Origin: Balanoglossus misakiensis
Taxonomy: Eukaryota; Animalia; Hemichordata
DNA: 64,000 nucleotides
Direction: 5' to 3'
NCBI GenBank assembly: GCA_040954595.2
Contig: CM082598.2
Location: 5,657,097 to 5,721,096, forward strand
A model generated the notes under the pieces. That model searched no databases. It had not been told where the DNA came from and was given only the letters and a program-made list of their open reading frames with translations. Below are positions 51,201 to 63,900 of the stretch, piece after piece (position 1 is the stretch's first letter; each line of letters opens with the position of its first letter). The translations under genes were made by a program, and so were the position numbers.

Positions 51201-54200
51201 TGGTGATATTGGTTGCAAGTCGAGCTGATCAGTTGAAGAGAATAGATATGGCTCTAGGTTGGTGTTGTCAGCTCAATCACATGCATATACTGTACAATTT
51301 CAAGCTTACCCGGTATAATATAACATGTACTGGTATGTAACATGTGTTGATTTGTGTATAGTTGTTGGATATGTCAAAGTTTGAAAAAAACATCTATTAT
51401 AATGTCCATTTTAAGCACTAGCTAGCTGTCATTAAGAAAAAGATTCACAGCTGAACTTTATGCCTTACTTTCTACTTTTCTACTTTTTTGTAATTTCACA
51501 GCTCGTCATATGCTGGACGAAGTTCTGACAAGAGCACAGGAAATGTTTCAAGATTATTTAGACATAGTGAGTGACATATTTCTGGTGAATTGCCGTGATT
51601 CTAAAGACAGAATAATGAAGAAACTCCGCTCCTGTTTACATCAGAAAAAGGTAACACATTGAATTGTCTGAATTGTTCTACCTTACAATTACAAGATTCA
51701 GTTTCATAATTCCTCCTTGAAAAAATGCAAAGACTCAAAGTGTTGGCAACATATTACCAATGTATGTTTAATGACCCTTGCTGAAGCACCACTTGCAAAT
51801 GATTGGGTTACATATTTATCCAATTTTAGGAGCCACCAATATATGGTAACATAACATAGTCACATTTGACTAATATGTGATTACCTCCGTGTGTTTTATC
51901 CATTACTTGTAAGACTTACTTGACAAATTATGCTTGTTATTAAATTTTAGACAGTAAAAACACTTCCAAGTGTGTGTGCCAAGATAATGGAAAAGAAGTG
52001 GGCCTTGTACCGGTACAAAGGAAAGTTCCCTGCACTTTATTGGAAAACATATATGACAAGAATCAAAGAAATATACCCCACGGTTGATGAAAGTTTCTTA
52101 CGTAAAGCCACCAACTATCTGCATGACATCGGAGAGGTCAGTAACAAGAAAGAACATGTTGCTCATCCATTCTCTTTCAGTACAGATACTAGGCTGAGTG
52201 AATGTGATATTTCCATCAGTCTCAAATTATTTTCTCTTCACTAATCTGCAGTGGCAAATTTTATAATATTATTGTCTCATGTGTGCTTCATGCAGATTTT
52301 CATGTATCAAAATATTTCTTTTCTTGTGTACAGCTTTTGTTTGTGAAGAAGTCATCTTCGGAAAGAGAAGATGTCGTGGTATTGGATCCAAACTGGTTGT
52401 GTTACAGGATATTTGGACCAATGTTGGCCACCCCTTTATTTGCAGAATTCAGTTCCAGATTCAAGAGAGATTGCTTTCAGACGATGGATCAGATAGAAGA
52501 TGTTCTTGGTGAAGGTGTAAACAGCAAACTTCTCATCGACCTTCTGGAAGATTTTGAGCTTCTCTGTCATGCACATGGCCTCACAAATACTGGAGAGAAA
52601 CTTTTCGTCATACCAGGGCTTCAAGACGATGATATGCCTGAAGGTCATTGGGAGAAGAGCGAGGTGAAGACAATTTACCTTGGAAGACGATTCGAATGCC
52701 ACGATAAAACAGATTCCTTTACGGCAGGCTTTTTCCCAAGATTACAGACCCGTCTATATAAGCGTTTCACCAACCTTGGCCAACCGCCCAGTGGCTTATG
52801 GAGAAATGGTATCAAAGTGTGTCATGAAGTTGAAGGTCTTGTCTTTATGACCAATGGCAGAAGGGCAGTCAATGTCTGTGTACGAGTTAAAGACAAGAAG
52901 TCGATTGGTGAGGGCTACAAACTTCTTGAGATGGTTTCCAAAGAAATACATGATGTCTTCTCGATCGCCTGTCCAGGCAACAGGATGAATCAGCTTATCC
53001 TGAGTGCAGATTCTCTTGCAAACCACAGCAATGTAGAAAAAATACCATTTTACACTCTTGATGACGTACTACGTGCAGAAGACATGGGAAAGAAAGTGTA
53101 CAACAAAGAAGTCGGTGAAGCAGAAGATGTTTGTGACCTGCTTTGTCAAGGTCATGACACAACGATCTTACGACATAAGTGGAAACGCTGTGATATCAAA
53201 TGGATGCTTGAAGAAACCAGAAAAACACTGACCATGAGAATGGATATTGCAACTATAGAGCCTGAGCAGCACTACGCCTTCATGGCCGAACATATGGGAA
53301 TCGTCTACCAGGATGTCAGGGCACTTGAAGAGATTGCGGGTCGGGCAGGCAAACCAGTTACAGAGTATCTCTTTCAAGAGTGGTGTCGTAGATGGGTAGG
53401 GACAAGACGTCTTCAATGGGAAAAAGACACAGAACTCCTGACCACTTCTCATGACACACAAAATGTTGATAGTGGTTTGGCAACGATGTCACCGTCATCA
53501 CAACAACCAGACTCAAGCGTCCAATTCCGACGAGGAAAAGACACCACTACAGCTGCAGAATTCCTGACCACTTCTCATGACACACATGGTGTTGATAGTT
53601 GTTTTGCAACGATGTCAGCATCATCTGAACAACCAGACCCAAGCGTCCAATTCCGACGAGGAAAAGACACCACTACAGCTGCAGAATTCCCGGCCACTTC
53701 TCATGACACACATGATGTTGATAGTGGTTTGGCAACGATGTCACCGTCATCACAACAACCAGACTCAAGCGTCCAATTCCGACGAGGAAAAGACACCACT
53801 ACAGCTGCAGAATTCCCGACCACTTCTCATGACACACATGATGTTGATAGTGGTTTGGCAACGATGTCACCGTCATCACAACAACCAGACTCAAGCGTCC
53901 AATTCCGACGAGGAAAAGACACCACTACAGCTGCAGAATTCCTGACCACTTCTCATGACACACATGGTGTTGATAGTTGTTTTGCAACGATGTCAGCATC
54001 ATCTGAACAACCAGACCCAAGCGTCCAATTCCGACGAGGAAAAGACACCACTACAGCTGCAGAATTCCGGACCACTTCTCATGACACACATGATGTTGAT
54101 AGTGGTTTGGCAACGATGTCACCGTCATCACAACAACCAGACTCAAGCGTCCAATTCCGACGAGGAAAAGACACCACTACAGCTGCAGGTGCCAGAGCCA

Positions 54201-54445
54201 TCTCACCTGACATAGAGACCTCCGAAGGTCGTTCAGCAAAAATGTCACACTCATCAACATTGTCACCCCAACAAGATTCTGATGAAGTGGAGGCTCAGAA
54301 AACAAGACGGAAGTATCCACATTTAAAGGGACCTGTCTTCGAAAGCAACTTTGAGAATCTGTTGGCAATATTCAGCACCATGGGAAGAGACGATATGGTC
54401 GGATTGATTGAAGAGATGTTCGAGACATTGGAAGAACGCAGATAG
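42269..54445 (+). CDS. Ankyrin-Roc-COR-death domain ROCO protein, copy 2 (spliced, ~1510 aa if all exons are used)
   Basis: Exons 42269-42325; five 66-nt exons starting at 43296, 43555, 43730, 43905, 44164; 44897-45010; 45310-45405; eight ANK exons 45701-47562; 48105-48215; 48454-48522; 48663-48782 (GDGGVGKT); 50653-50892 (WDFAGQ); 51113-51257; 51502-51650; 51951-52136; 52334-54445. No internal stop seen. Confidence 0.85.
42818..43131. mobile_element. ~310-bp interspersed element with an internal ~140-bp hairpin
   Basis: Absent at the equivalent site in copy 1 (~13028); near-identical inverted copy at 44336-44650. Confidence 0.8.
43270..44235 (+). repeat. Five tandem 66-nt phase-0 exons encoding an acidic 22-aa linker (VHPTDSESDEGTTALQEYKDPQ-like)
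   Basis: Acceptor atatttcag and donor gtaagtgac/gttagtgac in each unit; two intron length variants. Confidence 0.85.
44336..44650. mobile_element. Inverted second copy of the ~310-bp hairpin element
   Basis: Reverse complement of 42818-43131; absent from copies 1 and 3 (tgtgtttcagaataat). Confidence 0.8.
45670..47570 (+). repeat. Tandem array of eight ankyrin exon+intron units
   Basis: Exon starts 45701, 45949, 46200, 46463, 46708, 46953, 47216, 47464. Three exons are 102 nt, the rest 99 nt. Confidence 0.95.
48913..50568. mobile_element. Unclassified TIR element (CAGGGTTC termini, 5-bp TTAAA duplication) in a Roc intron
   Basis: Empty site ataattaaaacat at ~24502; subterminal CCTGGAAA repeats at both ends. 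Confidence 0.8.
49241..49997. mobile_element. Nested Mutator-like MITE with ~150-bp TIRs and 10-bp TSD
   Basis: TAGTCTCGGTTACCCAGACG...CGTCTGGGTAACCGAGACTA, AGGTCATGCC on both sides. Confidence 0.9.
53441..54188 (+). repeat. Coding minisatellite, 6 x 126 bp (42 aa, Ser/Thr-rich), in the last ROCO exon
   Basis: Units start at 53441, 53567, 53693, 53819, 53945, 54071. Copy 1 has a single unit (~27883-28000). Confidence 0.95.
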
Positions 54446-55184
54446 ACTGTCAAAAGATGAGCAGATAAATTGTGAAAACCAGAATTTGATTCCTTCTAAT
54501 CCCACCCAGTAAACTAAAACCATGTGTTTTCAATGGCTATAGAAATGTCAGGGGTAACTGAAACATGAATCTGATATGGAAATATTATAGCCATGCACCC
54601 CTATGCGACAGTTCAGACCAGCTTTCTGATAGTGCAGACACCTAAATGGTAGGAAATGGTAAACTAATTCGTCTAAAAATGCAAAATAGCATTTTGGACA
54701 GCGGTACAATCAGAGGAAAAAATATGTAGGACAAGCAATCATTCATTAGGTCAATGTGTATAACTTTATTGACATCAAAACCATGTCAAACAAGTCTGAA
54801 GAGATCAAAATGTTTACTCGATGCTCTCAGGGTGAATGGAAATCTTGGGAGTCATCTATTCTGCTAAGGTCAGTGTAATGTACAGGTAAATATTGCAAAT
54901 ATGTCTCTATTTCTGGTAAATGTGTTGTTGCAGTATTTACACATTACCTTTTCAATGTACACTCAAAGTCAACTTGTCATTTTTCACAAATGTCATATTT
55001 TTTCCTAAAATTTTGAACAAGATCTTTAGATAGTGGAAAATTGTGTCCTCTTGGTCTAGAATTAAAGGAAAAAATAACGGAAAATGTGTCAAAATGATGA
55101 AAATGTTGCACCACATTTTGACAGGAAAATATGGCATCCAAAGGGTTACCAGCTTTGGATTTGAGTAAAGCTATAGATGGCTAG

Positions 55185-58100
55185 CTACAGTCTTTTTTTC
55201 TCTTGGTGCTTTGTACAGAACTTGGAAGCTGTTTCACTCATTGCTGTGTTGACATTGTCTTTTTGGTGGATTTTGGTGTGACGGTTCAAGTTGCTGGAAT
55301 CACTGAAAGTTTTTCCACAGTAATGACACTGGTAAGGTCTTTCCTTGGCGTGAGTTCTCAGATGGGTGATTAGGCGATTGTTACAAGTGAATCCTTTACC
55401 GCACTCTTTGCATGCATAGGGTTTTGTGTTTGTGTGAATCCAGCTATGCTTTTGAAGAGACTGAGGTCTGGCGAATGCCTTGTCGCAGTCTGTGCATATG
55501 TAGGGTTTGGTGTTTGAGTGCGTCACGCGATGCTGCTGCAGGATCTGACTGGTGACGTAGCGCTTGCCGCAGTCGCTGCATTCGTACAGACGCTGGCCGG
55601 TGTGCTGCAGTAAGTGCACTTTCAGGGAAGACATTCGGTTGAACGCTTTTCCGCAGGCTTCACACACAAACGGACGTTCCTTTGAGTGCGTCCCGTAGTG
55701 CTGTTGCAGGGTGTTCTTCTTGCGGAACGTTTTACCGCATTCTTCGCAGGCGTACGGCCGTTCTGTCGTGTGCGTTGCAGCATGCCGCTGCAGCTTGCCT
55801 TTCGTGTAGAACCTCTTGCCGCAGTCTTTACACTCGTGTGCTCTCTTGCCGGTGTGGAAGCTTTGGTGTCCCTTGAGCGTGTAGCTATGTCGGAACCGCT
55901 TGCCGCAGTCTTTACACTCGTGTGCCCTCTTGCCTGTGTGGAAGCTCTGGTGTCCCTTGAGCGTGTAGCTGTGTCGGAACCGCTTGCCGCAGTCTTTACA
56001 CTCGTGTGCCCTCTTGCCGGTGTGGAAGCTCTGGTGTCCCTTGAGCGTGTAGCTATGTCGGAACCGCTTGCCGCAGTCTTTACACTCGTGTGCTCTCTTG
56101 CCTGTGTGCAAGCTCTGGTGTCCCTTGAGCGTGTAGCTGTGTCGGAACCGCTTACCGCAGTCTTTACACTCGTGTGCTCTCTTGCCGGTGTGGAAGCTCT
56201 GGTGTCCCTTGAGCGTGTAGCTGTGTCGGAACCGCTTACCGCAGTCTTTACACTCGTGTGCTCTCTTGCCGGTGTGGAAGCTCTGGTGTCCCTTGAGCGT
56301 GTAGCTGTGTCGGAACCGCTTACCGCAGTCTTTACACTCGTGTGCCCTCTTGCCGGTGTGGAAGCTCTGGTGTCCCTTGAGCGTGTAGCTGTGTCGGAAC
56401 CGCTTACCGCAGTCTTTACACTCGTGTGCCCTCTTGCCGGTGTGGAAGCTTTGGTGTCCCTTGAGCGTGTAGCTGTGCCGGAACCGCTTACCGCAGTCTT
56501 TACACTCGTGTGCTCTCTTGCCGGTGTGGAAGCTTTGGTGTCCCTTGAGCGTGTAGCTGTGTCGGAACCGCTTACCGCAGTCTTTACACTCGTGTGCTCT
56601 CTTGCCTGTGTGGAAGCTCTGGTGTCCCTTGAGCGTGTAGCTGTGTCGGAACCGCTTACCGCAGTCTTTACACTCGTGTGCCCTCTTGCCGGTGTGGAAG
56701 CTCTGGTGTCCCTTGAGCGTGTAGCTGTGTCGGAACCGCTTACCGCAGTCTTTACACTCGTGTGCTCTCTTGCCTGTGTGGAAGCTCTGGTGTCCCTTGA
56801 GCGTGTAGCTATGTCGGAACCGCTTGCCGCAGTCTTTGCATTCGTGTGCTCTCTTGCCGGTGTGGAAGCTCTGGTGTCCCTTGAGCGTGTAGCTATGTCG
56901 GAACCGCTTGCCGCAGTCTTTACACTCGTGGGCTCTCTTGCCTGTGTGGAAGCTCTGGTGTCCCTTGAGCGTGTAGCTATGTCGGAACCGCTTGCCGCAG
57001 TCTTTACACTCGTGTGCTCTCTTGCCTGTGTGGAAGCTCTGGTGTCCCTTGAGCGTGTAGCTATGTCGGAACCGCTTTCCGCAGTCTTTGCATTCGTGTG
57101 CTCTCTTGCCGGTGTGGAAGCTCTGGTGTCCCTTGAGCGTGTAGCTATGTCGGAACCGCTTGCCGCAGTCTTTACACTCGTGTGCTCTCTTGCCTGTGTG
57201 GAAGCTCTGGTGTCCCTTGAGCGTGTAGCTATGTCGGAACCGCTTGCCGCAGTCTTTGCATTCGTGTGCTCTCTTGCCGGTGTGGAAGCTCTGGTGTCCC
57301 TTGAGCGTGTAGCTATGTCGGAACCGCTTGCCGCAGTCTTTACACTCGTGTGCTCTCTTGCCTGTGTGGAAGCTCTGGTGTCCCTTGAGCGTGTAGCTAT
57401 GTCGGAACCGCTTTCCGCAGTCTTTGCATTCGTGTGCTCTCTTGCCGGTGTGGAAGCTCTGGTGTCCCTTGAGCGTGTAGCTATGTCGGAACCGCTTGCC
57501 GCAGTCTTTACACTCGTGGGCTCTCTTGCCTGTGTGGAAGCTCTGGTGTCCCTTGAGCGTGTAGCTATGTCGGAACCGCTTGCCGCAGTCTTTACACTCG
57601 TGTGCTCTCTTGCCTGTGTGGAAGCTCTGGTGTCCCTTGAGCGTGTAGCTATGTCGGAACCGCTTTCCGCAGTACGTGCATTGGAACTGTTTCTCGATTG
57701 AGTGGACCGACAGATGCGACTTGAGTCCCTGTTTTGTGAAGAAGGCGTTACCGCACTCCTCACATTGATGCCGTCTCTCTCTGTTGTTCGAGTGAATCTC
57801 CTGGTGAGCCTTGAGTGTGTAATGCCTCGTGAATGTTTTACCGCACACTTTGCATTGATTCCTGTCTCTGTCGACGAGAACATTGTCAGTCTCGAGTTGT
57901 AGGATTGAATCACCTGTATCCTTGGAAACGTGACCATGCAGAGCAAGACAGTGGACGATGAGATGAATATCTGTTGAAACAACAAGAAGTATTGGTCGTT
58001 AGAAAACAAATGGAAATACTGGGACTGTAAATATACTTGTAACAATGTTTAACCCTCTCACCACCATGGTTAGGTCCAAACCCAGTGATTTCTAAGGTAA

Positions 58101-58598
58101 GGATAGACCTCTGCACAAGGAAATGGGGGTGATAGGGCGACTTCTTACAGGCTGTGTGGAATTTACATATGCATTAATTGACCTGTCTACAGCTACATTG
58201 TATCTGTCTGTCATGGAGAGTTTAGGAAAGTCTTGTATTGACTGACATACATACCATTTTGTGACAGATTTTCTTCTTGAAATCTCTGTTTGAATTCCTG
58301 AGTACACCTTTCAATGACTTCACCAAACACAGTCAGATGATCATACACATTTTCAAATGTCTTCTCGTGTTCTGGAATTAGAAATAATATATAATGTTAA
58401 AACTGAGAACATTTATATTCATACTTGACACCATTTTAGGTGAGCAAGCTCTCAACTTTCCACAGTAACTTTGGTTTATTTTGCAGAGGCGTGGCATTGC
58501 TTACCCACATTGTTGCCAGGGGCAACGAGCGAGGTGACGCTGACGTCACACGAATTTGCAGCACTACTCAAAGCAATCGGGAAAGGTTCGGAATTCAT
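55185..58598 (-). CDS. C2H2 zinc-finger protein, ~31 fingers including 22 near-identical 28-aa fingers (~998 aa model)
   Basis: Open ORF 57848-55185 of CxxC-x12-HxxxH fingers. It extends in frame to an acceptor at 57970, with putative phase-1 upstream exons 58371-58255 and 58598-58505. The upstream exons are less certain. No KRAB, SET or BTB domain recognised. Confidence 0.85.
55830..57690 (-). repeat. 84-bp zinc-finger minisatellite, 22 units
   Basis: The motif (c)ggaac recurs every 84 bp from 55891 to 57655. Confidence 0.95.
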
Positions 58599-59918
58599 CC
58601 TGACAATTTTCAATGATTCACATTGGCAAGCTACCAGTAATGACTATTAAAATTATTTTCAACTGTGATTTTATTATATTTTTCTTTTGTTCACAGGGTT
58701 GAGATTCTAATCTGGAGGAGTTTTTGCTTCAGTAAACTCCAGCAAAATTGACTTATGGTGTTGTGAAGTTACCCTGTGGATTTATTCACTTCTCAGTGAT
58801 GCCACTGTCTGATTCTGCATGTTTGAAAATCTGGCTGTTGAACCAGAACTTAAAGCTGTCTTGATCTGTTTAGTGTCTGAAGATCTGGAATGGAGTCTGG
58901 TTGTCTGCAGGACATATATGAAAGTAAGTCCAAGCTATTTACTGTAGATGAGTTTAATTTGTAAGTTCCTCAGATGCAAAATGGAAATTAGTTCCATGAA
59001 TGCTGTCTCTGTGTGACATCCTACATTTGACAAGTAGATGCAGATTGTTGGGTGTTTTTAGTGTATAGAACAGCTATACAGTATTTCCTAATATCAGTTA
59101 CTTATTGACTTTTTTAACAGATCCAGTCTTCAATATCACATGATCAGGCAGACAACGCCATAAGGAACCAAGCAAGCAAGCAAGCAACAACTGGACTCAA
59201 GACCTGTGCAAAGAGACGTGAGTGAGTGAGTGGGTGCTCATATATTAGAAGGTGAGTCAATCAGCCTTGTCAAGTAATGAGTTGATCGCTGAGTGGGGTA
59301 AAAAATGCAAATAAGTATGACATCGAATTCTCTACATCAGATACATAACTTGTGAAACATACGTCACAGAAGTTGTTCGTCATGACTAGTCTATTGAACA
59401 GAATGTGTAACTGTGTCCTGGATGTATGTGTCAAACTTACTGTTCACAAATTTAAGTTTTCTGGTTTTTGGGAATAATCTTTGGGATGTTCCAGCTGTAC
59501 ATTGTTTTTCCTTAGAGCAAACTAAAACTGTCTACATTTGTATAGACATGTTCCACTTGAAGTGGCGGTACCTGATCAACCGTACCTTGTTGCCTCTTGG
59601 TACCAAACAAATAAAAACCAAGCAACAAAAAACTTCAAATTAAGTTTAAGCTCCCTCCTACCTTAGTGTAGCTTTGCATGTGCCAGTTAGCTGCAGTTAC
59701 TATTAGCAACAATGTTGTTTTGCAATATGACTTTTCAGTTAAGCATGATTTGTTAAGTTAGTTTAATGAAGTACTGGTAGGTAGTGGGTGCACATTAATC
59801 AATGATGCGTGGCCGCTTTGGTCCAAAACAAACATGGTCACCCCATTTGTGTGCAAATTACCAAGAGACAATGGTATGCTTGGTCTGGGTACAATGTTGT
59901 TTGCAATGTCTTATGTTA

Positions 59919-60652
59919 AGGTGGCATTGCATGAAAACTTGTGATTTTTGCCAAATTTTACTTTTTTACATAAATCGGTAGGCCTAATACTGACCCACAC
60001 CCTGACTAATACGTCTTGGCGGAAATGGTGCATAATCACCCCAAAATAGCACTTTTCTGAATGAGTTCACAGCTTAACAAATAGGTGTCAACAATGCAAA
60101 TGGCCGTTTTTCTCAGTTTGCATTTTCGCTGCTCTTGACAACTTCAGACGAAGATAGCTTCGCTCTGCGTTGGCCGAATTTGTTCAAATTTTAACTGGCG
60201 ATTGTGTATGACCCATCCAACAAAACGGTATTTTTGTTAGTCGATAAAGTTTCCCTGCCGGGAATAAACTCTGATTCAATACAACTCACCGTGAATTTGA
60301 TCAAATTTTACTAAAATCTAACTTTCAAAGGCTGTTACTCCTCAATGGAAGCAGATAACGCAAAACAAAATTACCGTTTTTTTGCACGTGCACTCTAGTT
60401 TCGAATGACATATTAAGATGCATGATGTATGGTCAACTTTTTTACCTATTTTAAATTTCATGAAATAATATCAAAAAATGGGTTTTTTCACCCAAAATCG
60501 CCATAATTTCCGGGGATCAATAATATTTGCTACTCAAATAAAAGTTCACAAACTCAGCTTCCAGAATATATATGGTTTATGGGGGTTTTAACGTTGTCTT
60601 TGATGAGAAATAGGCCTCTGAAAAAGTCTCGACGGTTTCATGCAATGCCACC
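59919..60652. mobile_element. Third copy of the ~735-bp TTAA element
   Basis: Same TIRs and internal sequence as 22539-23272, slightly more diverged. Confidence 0.85.
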
Positions 60653-60952
60653 TTAGGATAGATGACTACTCAAAAGTTAGAACATTGTCCTGTCACCACC
60701 CTCCTGTAGCTGATCAATGTAAAATTTGAATGTCATGGGTTATTCAACAGGGGGTGAGCGATCGCATCACCGTGACTGTCCCTTGCTGGTTGCATTTTGC
60801 GAGTCTTTGATAGAAAGTTGTCTGTTTGGTCTTGTGTTTGAAGTTTTTGAGACAGAGTCCTTAGATGGATTAACATTACATTGATGATCACAATCAGTGA
60901 CATAAGATAAAGTTGGTGGGTTTTACAGCTTTTGGTGTGTTTCAGCTGCATG

Positions 60953-63900
60953 ATGGGCAATTTTTGTTGTAAGAAAACCAGGCCTTCCCGGAAATATGAA
61001 GACCCAGGGGTAAGTGACCTTGTTGAACTGAAGTTGCTGCTGTAGTGAAAAAGTAGTCTGTCTGTGAGAGGAAAATGTTAACATTAATTGTCATGGCATT
61101 AACAAGATTATGTATGACAGTGAACTAATTGTGAAATGTACATGTACATCACAGTATTAGTTTATAGCTACAATGATTGTAGCGGGTGCTGCTAGATTGA
61201 CTGGTGTGTTTGCAGCCCTACCGCGCTACAAGGCCCTATGGGTAAATACCCAATCAACTTTCTGCAGTGGATCTGTTGTCAACTCAGTTACAGGGTTGAA
61301 CACTGACACCTGGTAAACTTTGAAAACGGCAAGGTCGAATCCCCCAAATAAACACCTCTGACACCCACATTTTCCTGATTTTATTAAAATGCTGATAAAT
61401 CCACTGATTCTTAGTTCAAACTTTATTTGAGCATATCCGCTACAATCATTGCAGCTATTGTTCATCATGACCACAAGTTTATCGACGTACAAAACCCAAA
61501 CCTTTGTGGAATGTTGTTGTTCTAATGGCATTTAAGTGGTTACCAGGGTTTTAAGCTTTTGGTGTGTTTTGGGGATATTTCAGGTACACCAAACAGACAG
61601 TGAATCTGATGAGGAAACAACGGCTTTGCAGGAATATAATGACCCACAGGTAAGTGACTTTAGGTGTTTCAGAATAATATAAGTATAGTGAGATTATTCA
61701 TGATGCTATTGTACTGTTTTTGATGGACAAAATACTTTGTGTTTTGGGGATATTTCAGGTACACCCAACAGACAGTGAATCTGATGAGGGAACAACGGCT
61801 TTGCAGGAATATAATAACTCACAGGTAAGTGACTATTGAACAGAACTCAAGTTGTGGGCAGCTAGCTTGCGTTAGAGGAAATATTGTCTGTCTGATTGAG
61901 AGGAAAACTTTAAATTGTAACACTCAAGTATGTGTTTCAGAATAATGTCTTTCAGTATGCTGAGATTATTTATCATTCTATTGCATTCTGTTTGTGAAGA
62001 CTAATCATGGCCTTACTTTACCCATTGTATGATGTCATCTTTTTTTATCCACAGTGATATCACAGTTTAATTTTTTGGATTCACTTATTCATCAATGAAG
62101 ATCTCAATGTTTTCCTATAATATAACTGCTGTTTATGATTTCATATTGAGAATATTTTGATAAAACAAGTGTTGCCTATTGATTGTTACAGGTTCTCATC
62201 AATGCTGCAGGGGATGGTGACATTGCAAAAATCCAGTCGCTGATAGCTGATGGATATGATGTCAATGCAAGGGGTAAATTATACGTGGAGTATCACCTGA
62301 TTGCCGTAAGTGTTTATATTTGCCTTTTGTACCACAATAACATAAATAAATGGTGTCTTGTATCAAACATAATTAATGGAAAAAGGGCGGCGAGGGAGAG
62401 ACTTTGTCCCTTTAACCGCATATCTATGACTGCAGCTCACTGTAATGAATTCCTAGAGGTTTATAGTTAAATGTCAAGTGCTTGACACATATGCAAATTT
62501 TTAGTATCAGATTTGTGATGTCATTTTTATTCTTCGTTCCAGGATTTAACAGCATTGCATGCAGCGTCCTTGAAAGGTGGATTGGATACTATGAGTGTGT
62601 TGATTTCCCATGGTTCAGATGTCAATGCTAAGACTGAGGTACATGAACTAACAAGTTATTACTTCATTATGGACAAAAATGGCTTCATGTGTATTTATGT
62701 ATTTATGACCACAGTGAACTCTGGATAATTCTTTGATTGACATCATATGAACATTACAAAACATTAATTTTGTTTTTAGCTGAATAATCACTTTTGTGGG
62801 AATACCTTCATTGTGTCTAACTTCTACTGGTTTATGCTTATCAACATTTATTTGTTTGTTAAAGGAAATTTCACCTTATATTTCAATTTTTGTGACATTG
62901 TTCTCATGCTCCTCCTTCATTACTTACAGGATGGAAACACACCTTTGCACTCTGCAGCACAGTATGGTGATGAAGGCCGTGTCAGATTGTTATTGGAACA
63001 CAAAGCTGATGCTAACATACAAAACAAGGTAAATACCAACCTGACTTCTACAGGTTTATTCTAATCTGATCGACATACCGGTACAAACATTTGTTTGTGT
63101 CTTTGTTTGTTTGTTTTGTTTAAAGGAAACCTCACGTTACATTTGAATTTTTGTGACATTGTTCTCATGCTCCTCCTTTCATTACTTACAGTGGGGAAAC
63201 ACACCTTTGCACTTTGCAGCAGTGGATAGTGATGAAGGCCGTGTCAGATTGTTATTGGAACACAAAGCTGATGCTAACATTCAAAACATGGTAAAATACC
63301 AACCTGACTTCTACAGGTTAATTCTAACCAACATACAAACATTTTGTTTGTTTGTTTGTTTAAAGGAAAGCTCACAGTACATTTCAATTTTTGTGACATT
63401 GTTCTCATGCTCCTCCTTCATTACTTACAGGATGGAGGCACACCTTTGCACTTTGCAGCCATGTATGTTGATGAAGGCCGTGTCAAATTGTTATTGGAAC
63501 ACAAAGCTGATGTGACCATACAAAACAAGGTAAATACCAACATGACTTCTACAGGTTAATTCTAACCAACATACAAACATTTTGTTTGTTTGTTTGTTTG
63601 TTTGTTTGTTTGTTTGTTTGTTTAAAGGAAACCTCACAGTACATTTCAATTTTTGTGACATTGTTCTAATGCTCCTCCTTCATTACTTACAGGATGGAAA
63701 CACACCTTTGCACTATGCAGCAAGGTATGGTGATGAAGGCCTTGTCAAATTGTTATTGGAACACAAAGCTGATGCTAACATACAAAACGAGGTAAATACC
63801 AACATGACTTCTACAGGTTTATTCTAATCAACATACAAACATTTGTTTGTTTGTTTTGTTTACTTATTTCAGGAGACCTCACAGTACATTTCAATTGTTG

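Larger units (their letters stand above)
34409..58610 (+). repeat. Second unit of a tandem segmental duplication (homologous to ~2060-31240)
   Basis: 34409-35315 matches ~2060-2793 and 36524-39330 matches ~6553-10130. The ROCO and ZNF genes are colinear, with different transposon insertions. A third unit starts at ~58610. Confidence 0.9.

Noticed and set aside
12499-54445. Naming the genes DAPK1 or LRRK
   Set aside because: No kinase domain or LRRs; orthology cannot be shown without a phylogeny.
55622-58045. 807-aa and 671-aa alternative-frame and antisense ORFs over the ZNF array (also 29452-30699 and 29516-30355)
   Set aside because: A stop-free 84-bp unit repeated in tandem keeps other frames open automatically; the substitution pattern is synonymous in the zinc-finger frame.
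55185-58598. PRDM9 call for the minisatellite ZNF
   Set aside because: No PR/SET, KRAB or SSXRD exon is visible and the contact residues are invariant.
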